Shown here in pieces: positions 1-9,321 of a stretch of DNA of 64,000 nucleotides (position 1 is its first letter; each line of letters starts with the position of its first letter). The notes below the pieces were generated by a model. It saw nothing but the letters and a program-made list of their open reading frames with translations, was not told the DNA's origin and ran no database searches. The DNA is from Candidatus Latescibacterota bacterium (GTDB lineage Bacteria; Latescibacterota; UBA2968): the NCBI GenBank assembly GCA_965207885.1, contig OZ242311.1, positions 3,008,001 through 3,072,000 of the forward strand, written 5' to 3'. Both the position numbers and the translations under genes were made by a program.

Positions 1-800
1 CGAAATAGCTTTGCGCCATAAAATATCTCGCCTGTACAGATTGGTGTTTCTGTTTGCATGCAAATTTTTGCCAGGGCATCTACGTTACCCCATTCCCATC
101 GGATCGGGTCTTCCAACCACAATAAGTCGAGGTGTTCCACATCTTTGCATATCCGCAAACCATCAATCGCGTTAAATGATCCGTGCAGGTCTATCGATAA
201 ATCGATATACGGTCCGATTGCATCGCGCAACGCTTCAATGGTCGTTACAATATGTTCGTGTTGCCGTCGTCCGACAGACCGGTCGTACACGTCTATTTTC
301 CAGGGGTTGGGTACGTCCAGATCGAATTTTAGGGCTGTAAATCCTTCGGCAACGCGCTCTTTTGCCCGCGCCACATAGCTCGATGTTTCATATACGGAGT
401 CTAATTCACCCGATGCCCGCACTTCATCCCAGCATCGATTATAGTCTTCTGGTGTCCAGTACGCGCCTGAATGGCAGTCGCAATACATCCGCACCTTGTC
501 GCGTAGTTTTCCGCCCAGGAGGTCGCACATCGGTACGCCCAGTGCTTTGCCTTTAATATCCCAGAGTGCGATTTCCACTCCGGCACCAGCGCCCTGCATA
601 CGCCACAGATGATCGTGATGCAATTGGTTTACATTGGTCGGGTCTTGTCCGATTAGCGTATTCTTGAGTTGATCAACCGATTGTCCTCCGCGCCATTCAC
701 CCAATCCTTCAATGCCTTCATCGGTGATAATTTTCAATAACGACCAGTGGCGGCATGCAGCCCCCAGAGAGGGTGTTTTTTGTATATCTACGATTTTCAT
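1..800 (-). CDS. Mandelate racemase/muconate lactonizing enzyme (enolase superfamily) acid-sugar dehydratase; C-terminus runs off the window
   Basis: Not in the ORF track. Manual translation from ATG at 800 (AGGAGG RBS): MKIVDIQKT...LLKIITDEGIEGLGE...GVEIALWDIKGKALGVPMCDLLGGKLRDKVRMY, the typical MR/MLE N-terminal signature. Confidence 0.88.
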   Translation of the reverse strand, partial: MKIVDIQKTPSLGAACRHWSLLKIITDEGIEGLGEWRGGQSVDQLKNTLIGQDPTNVNQLHHDHLWRMQGAGAGVEIALWDIKGKALGVPMCDLLGGKLRDKVRMYCDCHSGAYWTPEDYNRCWDEVRASGELDSVYETSSYVARAKERVAEGFTALKFDLDVPNPWKIDVYDRSVGRRQHEHIVTTIEALRDAIGPYIDLSIDLHGSFNAIDGLRICKDVEHLDLLWLEDPIRWEWGNVDALAKICMQTETPICTGEIFYGAKLF

Positions 801-813
801 GTTACCTCCTATT

Positions 814-2214
814 TCAGTATCCCCAAATCCGCTTTTTTGGTCGCTCCATTTCGATTAGACGTTTGATCAATAGATGCCGATGTTCAATCAGCGCGGTTGT
901 GTGGTCTGGAGCATGCGACACATCGCGGTATTCGCCCCATTCGGCGTTGAGGTTATAGAGAAATTCCCGTCCATCGTCATGCGCGATATAGCGATAGTTC
1001 TCAGACCGTATCATTTTCCAGCCCGTGGCTTCCATCAATGCGACTGATTTGTCCGGATCTTTTCCCCCGCTGAATACGGGATATAGCGATTGGCCCTGTA
1101 AATGGGGCGGGAGGGGTACACCACAGGCTTCGAGCAGGGTGGGGAGTACATCGACGCCTTCGACGATGCTCGATACGCGACGTCCGCTTTCTTTTTTTGG
1201 GATGCGCATCAACAGGGGGACGCGGCTGACACAATCGTGTCCCGGGTAGTTTTTTCCATAGCGCAAATGTTCACCCAGCCATTCGCCGTGGTCGGATGTG
1301 AAGACCACGATTGTTTCATCTGCAATGCCCAATTCATCCAGCGCGTCTAACATGCGGCCCACATGGTGATCGACTTCGCTGACCATGCCGTAATATCCCT
1401 GTCGCGCCAAGCGAAGCTCGCGATCGTCGTAGTGGTTCTCATTGCGCTTTTCATCGATTTCTGGCGGGAAGGATGGCAGGGTCATTTGATCGGGGTCGTA
1501 TAAATCCAGGAAACGCTGTGGCGCAACCCAGGGCGAATGCGGGGAATAAATTCCCGCGATGCACAAAAATGGTCTGCCTTCACGCGCGCGTTCCGCCATA
1601 TATTGAATTGATCGGTTCGCCACCCACGCCGTGTGTGTGTATTCATCTTTTCCGCGAAAGGGGATGGGGTGTTTGGGAAATCGTTCGTCGGGGTGATGCA
1701 CACCGTCTTTTACGCCCATCATCTGGTGCCAGCGCTCTGCCAATGGCGGCAATCCCAGGCTCAAATGATCGAGTTGGTCCGGTGCTTCCATGCGTACCCA
1801 GGCGCGATAAGCGTCTTCGTAACAGCCAGGTTCGTCGCTGATCTCCAGATGGTTAAATCCATAATCGGGGTGTGTTTCGCTGTGGTCCCGGTTAGCGTGT
1901 GGCAAAAAGTGCAATTTGCCGATATTTGCGGAGTGATATCCCGAATTGTGCAGCAATTTGGGAAATGTCACAAAGTCTTCGGGTACGGGTACACCCATGT
2001 GTGTAATGCCGAGTGTGGAGGGATATTGCCCGGTCAAAAAGCTCACCCGACTGGGCATGCACACGGGGTTCTGGACAAAGTAGTGGTCAAAGTTTATACC
2101 CTCGTTTGCCAGGCGATCCAGATTCGGTGTCTGGATATCGGTGTTCCCATTCACGCCCATGGCATCCCACCGCTGTTGGTCGGTGTAAATCAATAAGATA
2201 TTCGGTCGTTTCAT
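814..2214 (-). CDS. Formylglycine-dependent (Cys-type) sulfatase, choline-sulfatase-like
   Basis: PNILLIYTDQQR start, CMPSRVSFLTG (CxPxR), GKLH and SDHG motifs; start placed at MKRPN. Confidence 0.93.
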   Translation of the reverse strand: MKRPNILLIYTDQQRWDAMGVNGNTDIQTPNLDRLANEGINFDHYFVQNPVCMPSRVSFLTGQYPSTLGITHMGVPVPEDFVTFPKLLHNSGYHSANIGKLHFLPHANRDHSETHPDYGFNHLEISDEPGCYEDAYRAWVRMEAPDQLDHLSLGLPPLAERWHQMMGVKDGVHHPDERFPKHPIPFRGKDEYTHTAWVANRSIQYMAERAREGRPFLCIAGIYSPHSPWVAPQRFLDLYDPDQMTLPSFPPEIDEKRNENHYDDRELRLARQGYYGMVSEVDHHVGRMLDALDELGIADETIVVFTSDHGEWLGEHLRYGKNYPGHDCVSRVPLLMRIPKKESGRRVSSIVEGVDVLPTLLEACGVPLPPHLQGQSLYPVFSGGKDPDKSVALMEATGWKMIRSENYRYIAHDDGREFLYNLNAEWGEYRDVSHAPDHTTALIEHRHLLIKRLIEMERPKKRIWGY

Positions 2215-2357
2215 GCTCTTCCTTTCTTTTATGGGATAAGGTTGTCCATAATACCCAAATTTGCCGCCAAAATCCACTGCCTTTTCCCTTGACACATCGT
2301 CCTTTTGATGCGACTTTGACGGACCTTTGGTGACATATATAAACTGTGGAGTTGAGT

Positions 2358-3767
2358 GTGAAAAAAATGACGTATTTTATCATTGTGGTCACTTTTTTAA
2401 CGGGATCTGTTTGGGCGTCAGATACGGTTGACCTGGTGGTGTTGCATATCAATGATACACACGGGAAATTGTCTCCCTATAATTTGGGAGGGCACAATAT
2501 TGGGGGAATAGGCCGTTTGTCAACGCTGGTAAAGCAGGTTCGCGCAGAAAACCCCGGGCGCGTTTTGCTTTTGCATGCGGGTGATATTTTTTCGCGTGGA
2601 GATCCTGTGGTGATTTATACGGGGGGATATGTGAATCTGTTGGCTTTTGAAAAAATGGGCTTTGATGCCATTACACCGGGCAATGGAGAGTTTTATTTTG
2701 GGATTGAGAATCTGAAGCGTCAGACCTCGCGCGTATCCACGCCTTTTGTTCACGCAAATGTGACGTATAAGCATCACAATGGACCGATTTTTCCACCGTA
2801 TCTGATCAAAGAAGTTCAAGGTGTGAAAGTGGGGATTTTGGGCCTTGGTCTTATTCGCCCCTGGCATCAGTCGTCTCAGACGTTGAAGTTGAATGACGCA
2901 GTAGAGACGGCGAAGCAATACATGCCAGAATTGCGCCCAAAGGTCGATTTTTTGATTGCCTTGACGCATATAGGCGTCAAGAACGACAGTTTATTGGCCG
3001 TGGCTGTGCCCGAATTGGATTTGATTGTGGGCGGGGATACTCACACGCGGTTAAATACGCCTTCGCGTATCGCACGGGCAAATGGGAATGGGAGCGTGTC
3101 CATAGTGCAAGCGCGGCATTATTACCAGTTTTTGGGGCGTGTGGATGTGCTATTGCAAAAGGCTGCGCGTGGCTATCGGGTGATGGGGTTGAATGGAAAA
3201 TTGTTGCCTCTGCACGAGCAAATTGCGCGCGATTCAGAGGTTGAATCGCTCATTGATAAATACGCCAGACCCTTAGATGAAGTGATTTGTCGAACGGAAC
3301 GCGACTTGCCCAATGCGCGAGATGGTAGGTCGGCATTGGGCGATCTGGTGGGACAGGCGGTGTTGCATCAAACGCGGGCCGATGTTGCGATTCTGGAACG
3401 CAATGGGGATACGCACGGTGTTGCCGCGGGCGATATTTTTCTGAACGATATTTATCGTTTGCGGCAATACAGACCACCCGTAATGCTCACACGCCTTTCG
3501 AGGGATCAGATTCAGGCGGTTCTTGGGGCGCGGATGTATCTGACAGCGGGTTGCTCGTTTGATCGCGAGGATAAAACCATCGCAAATCTGAAGATAGAGG
3601 CAAAACCCAATTCTGCGGGTACCTATCTCGTCGCAATGGAAAGACAGGTTGCATTTCGCCATTTTCTCCGCGATGCCGCATCTGATTCTGTTGCATTCGA
3701 TTTTACGGGGCAGCGTGTGGATACGGCACTTGAGCGATATTTGCGCGATGTGAAGATAATTCGTTGA
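2358..3767 (+). CDS. Secreted 5'-nucleotidase/UshA-like metallophosphoesterase with variant active-site motifs
   Basis: Signal peptide; HINDTHG, AGD, PGNGEF, THIG and GGDTH motifs; 5'-nucleotidase C-terminal-like domain (SALGDLVGQA). Confidence 0.85.
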   Translation: MKKMTYFIIVVTFLTGSVWASDTVDLVVLHINDTHGKLSPYNLGGHNIGGIGRLSTLVKQVRAENPGRVLLLHAGDIFSRGDPVVIYTGGYVNLLAFEKMGFDAITPGNGEFYFGIENLKRQTSRVSTPFVHANVTYKHHNGPIFPPYLIKEVQGVKVGILGLGLIRPWHQSSQTLKLNDAVETAKQYMPELRPKVDFLIALTHIGVKNDSLLAVAVPELDLIVGGDTHTRLNTPSRIARANGNGSVSIVQARHYYQFLGRVDVLLQKAARGYRVMGLNGKLLPLHEQIARDSEVESLIDKYARPLDEVICRTERDLPNARDGRSALGDLVGQAVLHQTRADVAILERNGDTHGVAAGDIFLNDIYRLRQYRPPVMLTRLSRDQIQAVLGARMYLTAGCSFDREDKTIANLKIEAKPNSAGTYLVAMERQVAFRHFLRDAASDSVAFDFTGQRVDTALERYLRDVKIIR

Positions 3768-3809
3768 GACTTTTGTTGGCCTCCTATTCACTGATTTCAG
3801 GAGATTGCA

Positions 3810-5099
3810 ATGCATTACAAAACACCGATTACCGATGTTCAGATTGAAGCCAATTTCGAGCACGCTGCCGAACAGTACGCCGCTTTTGGCGTGGATATTG
3901 AACGGGCTGTGGATAGAGCACTCGAAGTGCCGATCTCGCTCCATTGCTGGCAGGGTGACGATGTGGCGGGTTTTGAAGTCAAAGATGAAGCCGTTGAAGG
4001 TGGCGGCATTATGGCTACGGGCAATTATCCCGGTCGCGCGCGTAGTGGGGATGAGCTTCGCCGAGACCTGAAAAAAGTGGTTGATCTGTTGCCCGGACCA
4101 CACAGGGCGAATATCCACGCCTCTTATAGTGATACGGGTGGCAAAGTCGTCGATCGCGACGCCCTGGAGCCTGAGCACTTTGCGAGCTGGATCGATTGGG
4201 CAAAGGCATACGATATCGGTATTGATTTTAATCCCACCTATTTTGCACATCCCAAGGCGAATGATGGTTTTACCCTGAGCCATCCCGACAAAGGTATTCG
4301 CGATTTCTGGATTCGACACGCTATTGCGAGCCGCCGCATTTCTGAAGCCATTGGAAAAGCACTGGGGGATGAGGTTGTCAACAATCACTGGATTCCCGAT
4401 GGTGCCAAAGACCATCCCGCTGACCGGTGGACGCCCCGCGAACGTCTGGTGGAAGCATTGGATACTGTTTTTGACGATGGTCTGGGGATAGGTCCCGAAT
4501 GCGTTGATGCAGTTGAAGGCAAGCTCTTTGGCCTCGGTATGGAGGATTATACGGTTGGGTCCAATGATTTTTACGCCAATTACGCGTTGACCCGGGGCGT
4601 ACTTCTCTGTCTCGATATGGGACATTTTCATCCGACTGAATCGATTGCCGACAAGCTCTCAGCGCATTTTGCATTCCACGACAAGCTGCTCATCCACACG
4701 AGCCGTCCCATTCGCTGGGACTCGGATCACGTCGTTCTATTTAGCGATGATGTGCGCCATGTTTTTTTGGAGCTCGCCCGCCACAATGCGATTGACCGCA
4801 TGTATCTCGCGCTCGATTTCTTCGATGCGAGCATCAATCGCACAGCGGCTTATGTTATTGGCACGCGCGCCACGCGCAAAGCCCTCCTCTATGGTCTCGT
4901 TGATCCGACCGACCGCCTGCGCCAACTCGAGGCCGAAGGCAAGCTCGCGCAAAAACTCGCGCTGATGGAAGATATGAAGACGATGCCATTTTCCGCTGTG
5001 TGGGATATGTGCTGCCTCAAAGCCAATGTGCCTATCGGTGCTTCCTGGCTCGATGAGATAGAGGCTTATGAGCGCGATGTGTTGTCGCAACGCGATTGA
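3810..5099 (+). CDS. rhaA: L-rhamnose isomerase
   Basis: ISLHCWQGDDV, GGGIMATGNYPGRAR, DFNPTYFAHP, HWIPDG, LDMGHFHPTE, SRPIRWDSDHVV and LDFFDASINR motifs. Confidence 0.96.
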   Translation: MHYKTPITDVQIEANFEHAAEQYAAFGVDIERAVDRALEVPISLHCWQGDDVAGFEVKDEAVEGGGIMATGNYPGRARSGDELRRDLKKVVDLLPGPHRANIHASYSDTGGKVVDRDALEPEHFASWIDWAKAYDIGIDFNPTYFAHPKANDGFTLSHPDKGIRDFWIRHAIASRRISEAIGKALGDEVVNNHWIPDGAKDHPADRWTPRERLVEALDTVFDDGLGIGPECVDAVEGKLFGLGMEDYTVGSNDFYANYALTRGVLLCLDMGHFHPTESIADKLSAHFAFHDKLLIHTSRPIRWDSDHVVLFSDDVRHVFLELARHNAIDRMYLALDFFDASINRTAAYVIGTRATRKALLYGLVDPTDRLRQLEAEGKLAQKLALMEDMKTMPFSAVWDMCCLKANVPIGASWLDEIEAYERDVLSQRD

Positions 5100-5114
5100 G
5101 AAAGTCCAAATACA

Positions 5115-5148
5115 AAAACGCCCGTCAGATTGTTCTGGCGGGCGTTTT
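5115..5148. terminator. Bidirectional intrinsic terminator
   Basis: AAAACGCCCGTCAGA-TTGT-TCTGGCGGGCGTTTT hairpin between convergent genes. Confidence 0.85.
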
Positions 5149-5173
5149 ATTATGTTCAGATTGAGTTCGTCGC

Positions 5174-5992
5174 TCAAATCGTCAATGTCACATAATCTTT
5201 TTTTACGATCTCTTTTTCATAAGTATAAGACTGTGTCTCGATAAGCTCCCGCGTTTCGGGTGAAAGCCGCGCCAGTATTGAATCGGGGAATTCTCGGATT
5301 TGTCGGTGATACTGCGGGCGGTATCTGAGAATAAAGAAACGGCGATCCCGATCTTTGGGTTGCCAGGCCATTGCCCCATGTGTCATCAATTCTGTGGTTA
5401 TGACAATATCGCCGGCCCGGGCTGTAATATTTGCTACACCGGGGGGTACGTCTTTTTCGATCCATCCGTCGTTGAACACATCGGGTGGACGCTTAAAATC
5501 GCTTTTGTGCGATCCCGGCACGAGTAGCAATCCGCCATCTCCGGGCAAGACATCGGTCAGATAGATAAACACCACCAGGTCGTCGCAATAAATTTTCCCA
5601 TCGTCGCAGCTATATCGGCAGCTATATCGGCCAAAACTTTCGCGCGAACAATGCAAGCGATGAACGGGATCTTTAGCCGTATTGATCCGCACCTCACCGC
5701 TGTTTAGCCGCGGGCGCCGTCCAGATACTTCCAGCACGATAGGCCAGAATGAACGGTGAAAGACCAGCGATTCCAGTACTTTGTCAAAAGCAAAGGCGTA
5801 TTTGAATTGTGTGCGATTTTTGTCAAATAATGAGGTTGAACGCCCAAATCCTTCGGGCAGTTCATCGTCTGGGGTATTTACGTACCGATCTATAGCTTGT
5901 TGTGCAGATTTTAGTTCTGTTCGTTTAAGTGCTTGTTCCAGATGCAGATATCCCATCATATCAAATAAATAGCGCTGTGCATCTGTCATCAT
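5174..5992 (-). CDS. PhyH (phytanoyl-CoA dioxygenase) family Fe(II)/2-oxoglutarate enzyme with a non-canonical first iron motif
   Basis: YLFDMMGYLHL, IYLTDV..GDGGLLLVPGSHK, AGD....E..THG and DRR motifs; LHCS where HxD is expected. Confidence 0.88.
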   Translation of the reverse strand: MMTDAQRYLFDMMGYLHLEQALKRTELKSAQQAIDRYVNTPDDELPEGFGRSTSLFDKNRTQFKYAFAFDKVLESLVFHRSFWPIVLEVSGRRPRLNSGEVRINTAKDPVHRLHCSRESFGRYSCRYSCDDGKIYCDDLVVFIYLTDVLPGDGGLLLVPGSHKSDFKRPPDVFNDGWIEKDVPPGVANITARAGDIVITTELMTHGAMAWQPKDRDRRFFILRYRPQYHRQIREFPDSILARLSPETRELIETQSYTYEKEIVKKDYVTLTI

Positions 5993-6014
5993 GATGACCT
6001 CCAAAGGTAGCTAT

Positions 6015-6848
6015 TCATCCATAAGCGCCATGATCTAAAAATCCGACCAGGCGTCTGAGTCTGGGGTTTGCATTGCGATAGATATGCTCGGGCATGGTGT
6101 AGTTCATAAAGGGATAGTACTTGTGCCCTATGAGCCGTCTGCCATAGGTGATTTGCGTGATGTAGCGGCTGCGATTGCTCTGATTTGGCCCCCCTCTGTG
6201 CCAGACCTGGTTGTTGAACATGATGACGCTACCGGCTTTGCCGAGGTTATAATGCACTTTGTCCTGCCATTTTTCCCATGCAACCTGGCGTGGACTTTCT
6301 CCAATGAGATGTGAGCCTGGGATGACTTCTGTGCCGCCATGTTCGATTTTTGTGACATCGGTGAGATAATAATTGCAGGTGAATACGAGTACGGGAAGAT
6401 GGATATTTGTCGGTGGCTTGCCATCGGTGACAACATAATGTGGAGAGTCGTCTTGGTGCCAGGTGGTGAGGCCGCCGCCGGGGGGCGTGATGAAGGAGTT
6501 GTTGTGTATAACGTGACAATTTGCGTCAACAAGGGCTTCGGCAAAGCTGACGATGGGTTCGAGGTCGAACAGGTTGAGGTTGGCCTGGCTGTGCTCGAAC
6601 ATGCAATGGCACAGGCGGTGGCTGGATTTGCTGCTTTGTGGGTTGAGCTTGCCATTGGGGTCTTTGTCCCGGCTGGTAAAATGCGCGAGGGACCAGTCGA
6701 GATCCGCTTTGAGTTGTGCGATGTGTTCTTCTTTCAAGACATTTTCGAGAAATAGAAACCCATCTCTGTTAAATTGTTCTACCCATTCGGAAATTTGATC
6801 TGCATCGAGTGGATAATTGGATTCAAAGCGCTGATTTTGTGGTTTCAT
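6015..6848 (-). CDS. PhyH family Fe(II)/2-oxoglutarate dioxygenase
   Basis: FNRDGFL, WHQD (HxD), YYLTDV, GGTEVIPGSH and WHRGGPN.S..SR motifs. Confidence 0.92.
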   Translation of the reverse strand: MKPQNQRFESNYPLDADQISEWVEQFNRDGFLFLENVLKEEHIAQLKADLDWSLAHFTSRDKDPNGKLNPQSSKSSHRLCHCMFEHSQANLNLFDLEPIVSFAEALVDANCHVIHNNSFITPPGGGLTTWHQDDSPHYVVTDGKPPTNIHLPVLVFTCNYYLTDVTKIEHGGTEVIPGSHLIGESPRQVAWEKWQDKVHYNLGKAGSVIMFNNQVWHRGGPNQSNRSRYITQITYGRRLIGHKYYPFMNYTMPEHIYRNANPRLRRLVGFLDHGAYG

Positions 6849-6863
6849 AATGGCCTCCAGCAG

Positions 6864-8879
6864 TCAAGCCTGCCCAACCACTAAAAACGGCAAGGCATCC
6901 CGTATTTCGATTTGGAAGTCGCGAGACACTGTTTCGACTTCTCCCGTGCATAGATGATAGATGTGAACGGGGCTGATGTCGAGTGAAAATTCAAGGGTGT
7001 CGAGATCGAAAATATCTCGGGCAGGTAGTACGAGAGCAAGTCTGCGATGGGTGTTGTTGAGATACAGGATGCGATTGTTGTCCTGTGTTTTTTCGCGAGG
7101 ATCTGTAAAGGTGGTGTCGTGAACGGGACTGTTGAGGAGGGTGTTGAGACAACGCAGGGTGTGAAAAGGGGGGCGAGGGTTGCGGAGGGTGTCGAGCAGT
7201 CCATGTGTGATATCCATTGTGCGGTCAAAGTCGGTGAGTGGATCGATGAATAGGCGGGTGCCAGGCAGACGTACAATGGCAAATGTGGCTTCGGCAATTC
7301 GGCTGGCATTGGTGTTGTCGTTCTGCGCGTCTAATTCGAGTGAGACATCGATGTGACCGATATTCGAGTATTTGCGTTCGCTAAGGGCTTGGATATAGGT
7401 CCAGGGCGATTCGTTGGGTGGCACGCGACAGAGTACGCGTTGAAGGTGAATATCGGCGTTTTGGAGACTCTCGAGTTCGTTGTGGTGATAACCCATTCGG
7501 GTTCGCAGGTGTTGTTTGCCGTGTACGCGCTCGTTGGGGATGATCGGGCAAATCGAGAGTTCTGCGAGTTTTGCGCATTGGTTGAGTGTTTCGCAAACTT
7601 CACCGGATAGTTGCGCGAGATTAGATATCTGAATTTCCCAGTTCTGTATGAGATCAAGGTTGGCTTTGATGTGTTCGGGCAATGAGGTGATGCGCGGTTC
7701 GAGGAATGTGGCAATGGGCGCTATCCCTTCGGTGCGGAGCATTTCGAGGCGCGTGCGCTGAATGGAGTCGCGCAGGTCGCGCCAGGGGAAGCGTACGAAT
7801 TTAGCGCCGAGTTCTATACAGGCCAGAAGATGCTGGTCATTGCGTACTTTTTGACGTATGACAGAGGGATATGCAATTGGGACCTCCGCAATGGGCGTGA
7901 TGGGGTGGCGAAGGGTGAGTCCAATGGGAGAAGACAGAGTGGCGGATGTGCAGGTGACGAGGCGGTCGCGGGCAGGGCGTTTTGTTTCGCCTTTTGTGCG
8001 GATGAAGTGGATGTCGGTGTGATCGGCGCGTATGCGGAGGAGATAAAATCCCAGCTTGCCCGTGTCGTCTCGCCCCTGTTCGGGTGGCGGCGCACTGGCG
8101 TAGAGATGACCGAATCCCGGGCGCGTAAACGATACAGAAGGGGTGATGAAATAGCGTGTTTTGCCGATTTTGTCGTAAAAGGGATAGTGTACGTGTGCCG
8201 TGAAGAGGAGTTCGATCCCGTATTTTTGAATCAGTGCAAAGAGGCGGTCTCGATCTGGTGGGCTAATATTGTCATAGTGTCCCAATCCCGGCTCATTGTT
8301 ATCCCAAAGATAGAGGGGGAGGTGAAAAAAGAGGAAGAGTCGCTGGTTTTGATGTGCCGCGAGGTCGGATTCAAACCATTCCCACTGGTCGTCTGCTTCG
8401 GGGAGTTTTGAGTTGAAGATCTGAGAATTGAGTACGATAAAGTGACACAGGTCGCGGTCGAAACTGTACCAGGAAGGACCAAAGAGGCGGTGGAAGAATG
8501 CGAGCGATTCCGCGGTTGCCCAATGGGTGGGCATGGTGGGATCAGCTTTGTCGCCGACATCGTGATTGCCAGCGACATAGTGGGGAGAAATATTACAGGC
8601 GTGTATCTGATCGCGCGCTTCGAGCATCGCGCGTTTGAAGTCCGGCGTTTCGGGATATTCCTGGACGAGGTCGCCCATGTGGATGACAAAGTTCGCCCCA
8701 ATATCTGCGACCTGTTGCAGGGCTGTGCCGGCGCGTTGGGTTTGCACGCGGCGCGATTCAAATTCGAGGGGACGGTCGCCAGCGTCAATCATGTAATGCG
8801 TGTCGGCGATGACCACACATTCAAATTGAGCCGGGGGGAGGTGGGTTTTATCGAAGATTATTCTTTTTCTGCCTTCCAT
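6864..8879 (-). CDS. Calcineurin-like (Icc/CpdA-type) metallophosphoesterase fused to an uncharacterised C-terminal region
   Basis: ADTH, GDL, GNHD, FHLP and AHVH motifs in the N-terminal ~290 aa; the remainder is not recognised. Confidence 0.82.
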   Translation of the reverse strand: MEGRKRIIFDKTHLPPAQFECVVIADTHYMIDAGDRPLEFESRRVQTQRAGTALQQVADIGANFVIHMGDLVQEYPETPDFKRAMLEARDQIHACNISPHYVAGNHDVGDKADPTMPTHWATAESLAFFHRLFGPSWYSFDRDLCHFIVLNSQIFNSKLPEADDQWEWFESDLAAHQNQRLFLFFHLPLYLWDNNEPGLGHYDNISPPDRDRLFALIQKYGIELLFTAHVHYPFYDKIGKTRYFITPSVSFTRPGFGHLYASAPPPEQGRDDTGKLGFYLLRIRADHTDIHFIRTKGETKRPARDRLVTCTSATLSSPIGLTLRHPITPIAEVPIAYPSVIRQKVRNDQHLLACIELGAKFVRFPWRDLRDSIQRTRLEMLRTEGIAPIATFLEPRITSLPEHIKANLDLIQNWEIQISNLAQLSGEVCETLNQCAKLAELSICPIIPNERVHGKQHLRTRMGYHHNELESLQNADIHLQRVLCRVPPNESPWTYIQALSERKYSNIGHIDVSLELDAQNDNTNASRIAEATFAIVRLPGTRLFIDPLTDFDRTMDITHGLLDTLRNPRPPFHTLRCLNTLLNSPVHDTTFTDPREKTQDNNRILYLNNTHRRLALVLPARDIFDLDTLEFSLDISPVHIYHLCTGEVETVSRDFQIEIRDALPFLVVGQA

Positions 8880-9286
8880 TCGGCGATTTTTTCATCGGCT
8901 TTGCGGCGCAGTTCGCGGCCCTTGTCCGGGGTGGGGTCTTCTATGAGGCCATAGACCTGGCGGCCTTCGTGATCTTCGGGTAAGTATTCGGTAATGGGCA
9001 TGCCTTCGGGGGTGACAAAGAGCAGGCAGTGACAGTATTTGAAAATTTTCATTTCGTCACAGGCACAGACCCATTCGCGGCTGCGTTCGAGTTCGGCCTT
9101 TTTGTCGGGATAAAAGTTGCAGGGACAAAGCGGGCGACCCAGTTCATCGATATTTTCTGCAAGACCGCAGATGACCGTATCGGCGACTTCTCGGGTCGGA
9201 TGCGGCGATGTCCCGGTTTTTTCCCAGTATTTTTCCGTGTATATCTGCATTCTTTTGAGGCTTTTTTCTGTGGGTTCAGACGACAT
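8858..9286 (-). CDS. Ferredoxin-thioredoxin reductase catalytic (beta) subunit-like protein
   Basis: GL..N..ELG.PLCPC...WVCACDEM....YCHCLLF, matching the CPC/CxC/CHC 4Fe-4S plus disulfide pattern. Confidence 0.9.
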   Translation of the reverse strand: MSSEPTEKSLKRMQIYTEKYWEKTGTSPHPTREVADTVICGLAENIDELGRPLCPCNFYPDKKAELERSREWVCACDEMKIFKYCHCLLFVTPEGMPITEYLPEDHEGRQVYGLIEDPTPDKGRELRRKADEKIAEWKAEKE

Positions 9287-9321
9287 GGCGTGTACCTCCA
9301 GATTTTGGGATTTTGTGTGGG

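Noticed and set aside
3273-4631. 452 aa minus-strand ORF
   Set aside because: Antisense shadow of rhaA and the nucleotidase gene, with no recognisable motifs; the same applies to the many other overlapping ORFs in the track
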